DNA of 64,000 bases from Gnetum montanum (taxonomy: Eukaryota > Plantae > Gnetophyta). The stretch is taken from assembly GCA_015680685.1 (NCBI GenBank), contig MNCI01001153.1:751160-815159 (forward strand), written 5' to 3'. A program made the translations under genes and the position numbers. The first letter of the stretch is position 1; every line of letters starts with the position of its first letter. The notes beneath the pieces were generated by a model. That model was not told the origin of the DNA. It ran no database searches and saw nothing but the letters and a program-made list of their open reading frames with translations. Positions 40,191 through 50,469 of this stretch are shown in pieces.

Positions 40191-41140
40191 TTTTATTTTC
40201 AGAACTACTCTGTAGCGAAGGATGGACTCTTCGTTCCTCAAGGAGATTACGTCCTAGTTTACCAAATGAAAGATTTCTTAGTTTTCCTCAATATTTTAGT
40301 GAAACTAGTAGATTTGGTAATGCATGGACTGCTTTCTGTAATGCCACAAGATCTCAAAGTTCTGATGCCATCATCACTCAAAAGGTTTTTTCAGCCCTTC
40401 CACTGCCTGCAAGAAGATCTCAATGGGATCAAATTCCAGCTCCATACCTTTTCCTGGCCACAGATGTGAATCTCACTAATCTAGAATTCCGTAACTGGTA
40501 TTCTGCTGATTGTTTAAACTGGCCATATTACCAGCCAAGTGATTTTCATGTTTACCGCATCTCTTTTAGTCCCCTCAGTGCACCGCCAGACAATGATGAA
40601 TTATTCTGGAATTGGTGGGCTAAATTCGGTCATTCCCCTTCTCATTTACCAGCCAATTATCCTGGTCCTCTTCGCACAAGTCTCTATGGCTACCGGGGTG
40701 ATTTCTCATTCTATAGGAATCCTGATCACATGGCCTGGAATTTTTTACACATGGCATCCAACCCAGTCTATTTTCTCATTACTTGCATATCCAAAAGGAC
40801 AGACTGGCAACTCACATGGGGCGAAGCTTTTTACCAAGATGTGTACACCGCTAATGCCTATGATATCTAGCACCACTGTCACATCCATTTAAAAGTCCCG
40901 TATACTTTAGAGCTTTATTATATGGACCGCAGGATTGATGAATATCGTAGCTCTGGAGGAAAGGAGATCAAACTTTATCTGGTTGGCGAGCACTCAGAAG
41001 ATGCTGATGATAGCACGGATAGCATGCCTAATAATTCTCCCGGACGATATGATTACAGCTCTGAAGACTTCCACAACCATACAGACGATTCTGATGGACA
41101 TAGTGTCGATTTTGGTCCAAATAGTCCACCATCACGTTAA
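40181..41140 (+). CDS. Caulimovirid ORF2, ~319 codons, no 5' AUG, one premature TAG at 40868-40870; function unknown
   Basis: One frame is open from 40181 and joins track ORFs 40466-40870 and 40922-41140 through HHCHIHLKVPYTLELYY. Contains FWNWWAKFG and an acidic Asp/Ser-rich tail. Confidence 0.75.
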
Positions 41141-41143
41141 AAA

Positions 41144-41225
41144 GCTGTCTGCCACAATCTCTTAAAGTGGATCCGAATCCTAAAAGGCTGTCTGCCACAA
41201 TCTCTTAAAGTGGATCCGAATCCTA
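41144..41225 (+). repeat. Perfect 39-bp direct repeat, period 43, upstream of the viral TATA box (candidate enhancer)
   Basis: GCTGTCTGCCACAATCTCTTAAAGTGGATCCGAATCCTA at 41144 and 41187. Confidence 0.9.
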
Positions 41226-41275
41226 GAAAGTAGATCGTCCCAGTTGGCATCCATTAATGTAAGGCGGTTTGTAAA

Positions 41276-41285
41276 CTATAAATAG
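41276..41285 (+). promoter_or_regulatory. TATA box of the pregenomic RNA promoter
   Basis: CTATAAATAG in the intergenic region after the last ORF, the usual caulimovirid position. Confidence 0.8.
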
Positions 41286-41519
41286 CAATGTGTGTGTGTG
41301 TAAGCATATGGTAGATAAGAATGCAAGTAGCATAAGTGAGTAGTCGGCAAGTGTGAGTTTCTTTCTGCAAGAGTGAGTAGTTATAAGGAGATGATATCAG
41401 TTTCTTGATGCTCTCTGCTCAGAAACTAAGCATTCTCTCCACTGAAAGAGAAATCGTTCTGTGATGCGCTTTGCTCAAGAACAAGAATTCCTTTCAGTTC
41501 TGTAAATACTGGTGTGTGC

Positions 41520-41525
41520 AATAAA
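41520..41525 (+). terminator. Viral polyadenylation signal
   Basis: AATAAA ~240 nt after the TATA box, with upstream TGTAA (41501) and downstream GT-rich sequence; would define the terminal redundancy. Confidence 0.7.
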
Positions 41526-41610
41526 ATGATTTGTTTTGGCATATCTGTGTGTTATTTGGTCTGCATTCAAATGAGCGTATGTATTAGTTCTGTGTGAACG
41601 CTGCGTACTG

Positions 41611-42022
41611 AGAACATTTGATAATCCTAGTAGTATTATCAATTGCTTCACCTAGTAGTGTAATGCTTGGTAATCCTAGTGATAATTATATGAACCCAAG
41701 ACATGTTTGGTAAATTAGGAATAGTTATCCATTGCCATAGGATAGATTTACTTACTTGTTCTCACTTAGATTTAGTACCTACTTTCATCCTTATCGTGCC
41801 TACAATTTGGAGTATTAGTGGCCAATCAACATCACTTATCATATGCCTCACTACAAGCTAAACCATACACTTAGACTTTACTAGCTTGAGTGGGAAGATA
41901 ATGATCATGATCTTAACTCAACTACTAGCATATCAACATTGACAATCCATGAATTACAATAGGCTACATGTGAATACTCATAACTTGTATGAATGCTTGT
42001 TGGATTACTACACCACTCATTA
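41611..42022 (+). repeat. 5' LTR of element B, right part
   Basis: CATTTGATAATCC.. colinear with 53985-54325, with ~80 bp extra. Confidence 0.85.
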
Positions 42023-42023
42023 T

Positions 42024-42041
42024 TGGCACCATTGTTGGGGA
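42024..42041 (+). promoter_or_regulatory. tRNA-Asp-type PBS (Athila-like)
   Basis: TGGCACCATTGTTGGGGA is a deamination-decayed form of TGGCGCCGTTGCCGGGGA. Confidence 0.75.
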
Positions 42042-42167
42042 TCTATTAATGTATGATAAGTAATTAGTTTGACAAAGTTCATTGTGTCAAGAATTTAGAG
42101 TTAACTTTCATAATCTTTTAATAATTCTAAAAATAATCACACTTAACCAAGTATCACATAATACAAC

Positions 42168-45100
42168 ATGGATTCAACCAAAGATAAACTATCATCTACT
42201 AAATAGACAAAAAGGAGTAATGACAGAACCAATGACAAAGAAGACTATGGTATGCCCATGAAAATAATAATATCATACACTCAAAATGATTCTTACTATC
42301 TAAATTTTACTTTAATCTTCCACCATGATGGTCAAATGAGATGGAGAGACATATAGGGCAACATAGTTCTGCCTCCAAAATGTTTAGCACTTAGCATGCT
42401 TCAAACAACCTTAAGGGGGATGAATCTAAACCATGTGTGAGAAGGGTACCATGTGTAGAATCACATGACAAGATCCTACCAACCCACAAAGGCATAATTG
42501 AAGGGAGATTCTACTATGAAGATTAAACATGTGCAGAATAAAGGAAACTAGGATAACTCTTTAGTTGTTCAAGAAGAACTAAATGGTGATGCATTTATCA
42601 TAGAAAAACCCCAATAAAATAATGAGGAGCATTCCCAAATGCCTATCATTTAACTTGAAGAGCCTATCAAAGTTCAATTACATTCTACCCTAGTAGAGAC
42701 ACCTAGGATGGAGGCAACAAACTCCAAGTATAAGTAGCACTCAAGGCCAAGAGCTTTTGCTGGATCTTACAAGGAGGAATATTAGATTCATACAAGGAGG
42801 ATAAGCTAGCATCATTTCCCTACTACCTCAACTTCATCCTCATGATCTTCAGTGGACTTTAACAAGAGGAGACAAAGGTATTGAGACCATGATATGAAAG
42901 AACAAAGGACTCATGATCATTATGACCATTGCTCAAGATACTTTGATGAAGAAGATGAAGACCATAAACTAAGAAGTCATAGGGATAGAATAGAGGATTC
43001 AGAGTGGTATTAGCACTAATGAGAGCATCACTACAACATAGCTTAGAAACCCAATCATGATGATGAACCCTTGCTAGAAACCTTTAGTATGATCAATATC
43101 TAGAAAGCTTTCTATATATCAACCAGGCATGTAAGGGATAGCTACATTAAGTAGCTAGACATGAATAAGATGCCTAGATTTGGGGATGGTTATAATGTTA
43201 ATCCTCAACACCACCTTCAAGGGTTTCATGATGCCTACACCCTATAGAACATAGAAAGTAATTAATAGAAATTAAAGTTGTTCTCAAAGACAGTTGTGAA
43301 AGAAGTTGAAAGCTAGTATAGATTATTTGAATTAGAATTAATTAGGAGATGGAATACCATGCTAGAACTCCTTAATGATAAATATCAAACTTATTCTTGG
43401 ATGTCCAATCTATGAAAATAAATCCAAGGATGGAAGCAAGGGATCCATGAACCCCTTGATGCAACAACGGACTGATACTATTCATTGTTGCATAGATGTC
43501 TAGGCCATGGATGTTCTCAATGGGAACAATTGAGGCACATTGTTGATGAGATTTGTAATAATACTAGAGAGACCCTTGGGGTTTATTCCTAGGGTCAATA
43601 ATTCAAAATTTCTAGCCATCAGATACAAAGATTTATTGAGCAAGTGGTAATGGAGGAAGGTGAATTAAAGAAAAGAGAATCAGCAAAAGAATATAACAAA
43701 GATCCATCCATTCAAAAAATGGATGTAAGAGTATGTGACTCATAAGCAGAGGGGGCCTTGGACTAGGTGATTTAGAAGTAAATACTAGCTATTCAAAAAC
43801 TTTTCATGGACATAATGACCAAGGTAGAAAAGATGTGGAATTTGATTAATTAAAATTTTGCAATAGCCTTAAATATTGTTAAGGAATGAAATAAGTAAGC
43901 CTTTGATGAAGGAAAAGATAAGAAGAAGAAGAGAGACTTTAGATACAAGGAAATGGTGACCTCAGTGGCTAAATGTTTAGAAACCAACTTCAAAGATGAG
44001 AAAGGATGTGTTGTGTGCCAATGTGAAAATTCCAAGGGATGTTGTTCTATGATGCCACATTTATAGGACATAGGAGCATATGCACTCAACCCCAAATGCC
44101 ATAAGAAATAGATGCCCAAATCGTTACCTTACCCTCAAGGTAACAACAAGCAAGCCTTCCAACCTATGTACTATCCTAGTGGAGCCTACCCATAGCCATA
44201 GGAACAATATCATCAGTAGTGGAAAAAACCCCAATTATGGGCCATGCCACCACCATGAGAATAGTACCCTTATTGGTAGCCAAACCCATGTGGATACTAT
44301 CTACAATGTACAATCTCTCCAAGTAGTGCAGTTGTTGAAGCTCCATAATACTATCTAGTCATATACCATAGACTGACATCGCCAAGGATAGACTTAAGCT
44401 CATACATGAATTCATAAGTAGTTGGTTCATCAAATCAACATCCCAATTCTTTACAACCAGTACCACCTATTATAATGTAGGGGGAATTTCCATCTCAACC
44501 ACAATAGAAAAGTGCGACCAAGGTGGTTAACATGTAGGGAAAAGTGATCATGCATGAACCACAATCTAGGAAATGACTATTCATTTGAATGAGTTTAAAA
44601 AAGATTCAAAGTAAGGGGACACATCTACTTTTACTTCATCCACATCTAATCCTCCAAGAAACAACAAGTTTTCTTTGTCATCTAACACCAATATTATAAC
44701 TATCATGGTAACACAAACCACTATTTATTGGATTAAGGTATGAGCATTTCCATAGAATGAATAGATCTAGGGAGTCCCTTGGTATACCTTCAAGTAGCAA
44801 AACAAAAAGCCTGCAAGGGTCTACTAGATTTTGGATCAAGGATGTAATTGATCTCATAAGATATGTATCAAGCCTAGAATCAACCATCATTGAAGAAGAG
44901 TAACATATGGCTCGATCTTTCATATCAATTGATCATAGTTCCACTAGGAAAAGTGGATGATGTGATCACTGTTATTAGTGGTTGGCCTTATCTTGCTAAT
45001 TTTCTAGTTATCCATGTAGGTAAAAGCTAGGAAGAGTTTCCAATTATAATGTGAAGAGCTTAGCTTAACACTATAGATGCTAAGCTATAAATTAGAGACT

Positions 45101-48100
45101 TGTCCTTGGAAATCTCAAAATATGATGAAGCTGACATCATTCAAAGATGCAAAGTTCCATGCATCACATACAATAATAATGGGTGCAATTGCATGTAGAA
45201 AATATGGCCAGTTCAATAGAGAAATACCAAAGCATGTAAGAGATGTATAGAAGAAATGTGTATGCAAAAATCTCTGTATGCAGTAACCACTTAACAAGAA
45301 GGCACCCAATGGTTGGTCAAAAATACAAAGATAATATCCAAGAAATACATGGAACCAACTAATCAAACCATAAGTGCTTATGTAGATGAAACTGATAGAC
45401 TAGAGAATTTAAGGAAGAAGCATCCCTATTCACATGAAGGTTAGAAAGAAGAAATAGATTGGGGCAGTTAGAAGAAATAGATTAGCAGCATGAGAGTATG
45501 CTTTCTTAAAAAATAAGAAGTTGATGATAATAAATGCTAACTTGAATGAAGATCAAAAAAATAATTTATTGGAAGTTATTAACAAGTAGCCAACAATGTT
45601 CATGTGGTCCAATGATAAGATCACATGCAGTAATCCAACAATTTTTCAACATTAGATATATACCAACCTACTGGTGAAACCACGATGCCAACCCAAAAAA
45701 GGCTCAATCCAAAACTAAAAGTAGTCATGTAGGGGATGAAAAAAATTACTAAAGGTAGGATTCATCTATTCTATTGCAAATAGTAAATGGATTAGTCGTT
45801 TAGTAATCATTCCAAAGAAAGGAGGCAAGTGGTTCGTGTGCATCAATTTTCAAATGTTGAACTCTACCACATTCAAGGATCATTTTCTTTTTTTGTTTGT
45901 TTACCAAGACCTATATACTATTGCAAGACATGAGTACTATAGTTTTCTAGATGCGTACATTGGATACAATTAGATCTGCATTGCACATAAGGACTAGGAG
46001 AAAACAATGTTCACTAGTCCATGGAAAATGTTTACCTACAAATAGATGCTATTTGGTCTTTGCAATGCACCCTTCACATTCCAAAGACTCATACTCAGTA
46101 TCTTCCAAAAGTAAATAAGAAATGACATTGAAGTTTTCATGGATGATTTTTCCACATACTGGCTAGATTTTAGAAAAGCATTGGACCATTTAGAGTAGCT
46201 ATTGAATTGTTGTGTAGAGACAAATCTTAAGCCTAAAGGCCATAGATAGTGAAAGATGTTAGATGTCAAATAGAACATTACTTAGAGGCCATAGATAGTG
46301 AAAGATGTCAAATTTCATATAGAACATTACTTAGAGGCCACATATATAGTGAAAGATGTCAAATCATTCTTAGAATATTAGGATACTATTGAAGGTTCAT
46401 AGAGAATTTCTTAAAGATTGCAAAATCATTAGTAGAACTTACAAAGAAGGATGCATCCTTTGAATAGATAGAGTCTTGTGAAAAGGAATTTGAAACCCTA
46501 AATAGAAGCTAATCAAGACACCAATCCTTCAATCTTTTAATTGATCCAAGCCTTTTCATATTACAATAGATGCTTCCAAGTATGTGCTTAGTGTAGTATC
46601 AACACAACTAGATGATCAAAAAAGACCCTACTATATACACCATAGCAGAAGCATAACTAGGGCAAAAGTGAACTATACCACAATAGAAAAGGAGCTTATG
46701 ACCATGTTGTATGCACTTGAAAAGTTTCTTCATTATGTGCTTGGGTACTAGATTTCTGTCCATATCAATCATAGTGCCATTTGATTTCTCATAAATAAGC
46801 CAATGGTTAGTCCCAGAGTGATTCGATGGCTTGTTATTTTACAAGAATTTGACATCACAATGATTGTAAAAAAGGGCATAGAGAATGTTGTAGTTGATCA
46901 TTTTTCAAGGCTTATATGGAATTCCAAAGATCATGTAAAACCATTATCTGACTAATTTCCTAATGATATTTGTTCACTCAAATAGTTATGGCTATAGCAT
47001 TAATGGTGAAGTCATACATAGCTTATTACATCACTTACTTAAAAACTCAAGAGATTCCTAATTTATGGAGAAAAGAAACAAAAAGAACAATTCCTTCAAT
47101 AGGTAAAGAGATATATGGAAATCAATGAAAACTTGTACAAGATTTGTGCAGATGGGTTAGTTAAATGATGTGTGCCAAAATGTGATCAATAGTGGATCTT
47201 ACAAGATGTCCATTAAGGTCCATGTGGAGGCCACTATGCAAGGAAAATAATGGCACTAAAGTTAATGATGGTAAACTACTTTTGCCCTACCTTGTTTAGA
47301 GATGCCCACAACTTTGCATAATGTTGTGAAATGTGCCAAAAAGATGGAGGAATTACGGTTAGGGATGAAGGGCCACAGTAGTGTATACAACCATTAGAGC
47401 CATTTGATATATGGAGAATTTATTTTATGGGATCTATAACACCTATGTCGAATGGAAAAACATAAATAATTGTGATCATGGATTATTGTACAAAGTGGGT
47501 AGAGGTAATAGTAGTAAAATATTGCATCATTAAAATAGCTACTAAGTTTTTTCAACAACATGTGGTGAATGGATTTGGAGTACCCAACATGCTTATATCA
47601 AATAAAGAAATCCATTTTACTAGTGATGATTTTAGAAAAATAATGCAATAATTGGGTGTAAATCATAAATTTACTACACCATATCATCCCCAAGCCAATG
47701 GTCAAGGTTAGTAACCATGAAATTACTAACATTTTAACTAGGATAGTTTGTAAGTTTAGGAAGGATCAGAGCACTAAGCTTAACAATGCTTTATGGGCCT
47801 ATAGGACAACATGAAAATTATGCATAGGATATTTACCATATGAGCTAGTTTATGGTAAACAATTGATGCTCCATATCTACATAGAGCTTTGAACTTTAGC
47901 TACTGTTAGTGAACTTGACTTATACTTGAGCTTAGCCTAGAAAGAACGAATAATGAATCTAAATCTCTTAGATAAAAATAAAAATGAGGTCCATAAACAC
48001 TACTCCAAACAAAGGTATGATGCAAGGATAAGACAAGTGTTTATACAACTAGGAGATAAGGTCCTTTATTATAATCCCACTCATGTTCCTCAAAAATCCA

Positions 48101-48300
48101 AATTTCAAAAGTTTTGGAAGGGACCTTACTTCATCCAAGAAATTTATCCTTCAGGTACCTTCCCCATTTTTCATCCATCCAACCCACATAAGCTCATCCT
48201 TGTCAATATCTAATAGGTCAAACTCTACCATGAATATCCCAACTCTTTCAAGGAGTCCATCCAATTTGTCCAAATATCTTCAACTTGTTTCCTCTTTAGA
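42168..48300 (+). pseudogene. gag-pol of element B (degenerate; no additional RNase H seen)
   Basis: Protease LLDFGS at ~44821; RT MLFGLCNAPFTFQR and FMDD (46136); RNase H DASK..NYTTIEKEL; integrase H..CGGHY..CEMCQ, TTPYHPQANGQ and WKGPY. Confidence 0.85.
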
Positions 48301-50469
48301 ATAGTTGATCCTAATAATAGTTGTGGGGGTGTCCATTTGGACATGTAGGTACTTCACTAAATTTTCATTTTCTTTTTACTTTTCTATTCTTAATATATTT
48401 TTTCCATTCTTTTATATGTTTTAATTTCTTCATACTTTCTCAATTCTATAACTTTTTCTAGTTCTTTGATGAGTTTTCTTTCTTTAAACATTTTTCATTC
48501 TTTTCATCTTTTTCATTCTTAATATCTTTTACATTTTTTTAGAAAAAAATCATTCTTTGTTTTCCTTGTACCTGTACATATTTTTGTTAAATTGTTAATA
48601 AAACACCAAGAATAAGTGAACATGTAGTTTCAAATGAGGTGAAGATTTCTCTATGTTATCAAGTCATAAGGGATTGGTTTTTTGTATAGTGAGGCCATAA
48701 CATCCATCCACTTATTCCACCAATAAGAAGTTCTTATACTAGCCTTGATGATATTCTTTTCCTAATAAACTAAGAATAAACTTATCATCATTATGCCTAC
48801 ACAAAAAAGTGAAGAACCAAGTGAGAATGTAAAGGGAGTGACATCAAGAGAATTTGTGGAATCTTTTGGATCACTATTGTATGATCTATTATGTTGCTAA
48901 GTTTGTAATTATATCCTTGTAGATCTAATGAAAAATGAAAGTAAGAGTCCAATAAGTGTTGCCTTACCATGTCACTAGAAAGACATGTTACCCATGCTTG
49001 AAGGTAGGTGGCTTCTTAGGAATTTCAAAAATAATAATAATACAGTGCAATGAATAAAATCCTCCCTTGGAAAATATGCAAATTGATAATACTCCTTGCA
49101 TTAGTAATAGTCTTATGGTTGTGAATCTAAGAGGTGATACAATGTGATGTCATTGGACAATGGTCTAGACCTGGTTTGAATCTTGGAAAAAAATGCTAAT
49201 GATTAATTTAACCACTAATAAAACACAAGAGTTAATTATGCCCATGGTAAGACATCTCACATCCTGATTTCAACAATCCTTTCTGAAGACCATTTTGCCT
49301 CACTGTATAATTGTCCATAACTTATGGTTCTGAATAATACAGTGTACTTTTCCCAACTTTATGATACTAAGATGTGTGTTTTTTTAGATAGGTATGCTTT
49401 ATGTTCAACTCCTTAAGTGCCTAAGGACAATTTTAGGCATGGTTATACAAGGGCACTAAGGGCTAGAGCCTTCTTTGAGAAGGATTCACATGTATAACTT
49501 TTGTATTTCATACTTGATGAGCAATTCCACATCATCTTGTTCCTTCTAGAAATAATGAAATCAACGAATAATTCTCTTCACAATCCAATAAATCCATTCA
49601 TACACCGAACATTCACTACCCATCTTGTATCCATCTTTTACCCTTTAAGAGCTTTCACAACATGAAATTCTTTCTTTATAAACTTTAAACATCTAAATTT
49701 CAAATTCATAGCATCATGACTATTCTAAGATCCTTTAATAATGCTTACTATCTTCCTACCATTTAGATTGACTCATTTTTATCCAATATAAAATGCTCAA
49801 AAAATTGAAAATTTTTGTGATGATGTCATTGATATGATATATGAGTCCCTCATATGTCATTGATTCAATGTCAAATCAACAATGTCACATCACAAAATTA
49901 CTATATATATTTGCAATGACTAAGTTGATTTTTCATTTGAATAAATAGAAACCAAAGGAGTTTTACCATTTTTTCTCATAAGATCTAATACATTGACTTT
50001 CCCAAGACATAAATTGTGCCCTAGAGCTCTAATTTTTGCAATTTTTAAATCTATTTGATCCTGGAGTGCTCACCATAGTCTTTGGGGGGTAGTGGGGGAG
50101 TAATATCAAGGAAGATCTGAGTAAAATGTTTCAAAAAATTATCTAACTCCAAAAGATAGTTCAAAAATAAGTAAGATAAAATATTAAGGATATCATTATG
50201 CATTTAGTACATTTAAGCAAAATTATTTAGTCAATTCTTCTAATAAACCATTTTAGCCAATTTTAAGGTATTATGAGCCAAACAAATAATAAGTGAGAGG
50301 TCATAGGAACTAAATATATAACATCTAAATAATTTCTTTTTGGAAATTTCTCTAACTCTATAATCATAGTATAATGAATACTTAATCTAACCATGGTTAT
50401 GAGCAAGGTAAAGACTTATTAAAAAATGATAAGAACATTTTAATAGTCTTAAATCCTTATTGATTATAG

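Larger units (their letters stand above)
34835..41610 (+). mobile_element. Endogenous caulimovirid (plant pararetrovirus), apparently unit length, two-ORF florendovirus-like organisation
   Basis: tRNA-Met PBS at the left end; polyprotein with movement protein and no integrase; ORF2; tandem repeat, TATA and AATAAA; no LTRs of its own; CpG retained, unlike the flanks. Confidence 0.93.

Noticed and set aside
36635-40892. Small overlapping or antisense ORFs in the virus (36635-, 37256-, 37420+, 39620-, 40266+, 40539+), and 34880+
   Set aside because: Shadow frames with no motifs.
48976-49006. Hammerhead ribozyme (GAAA..CTGAAGG)
   Set aside because: No CUGANGA core and no three-stem topology.
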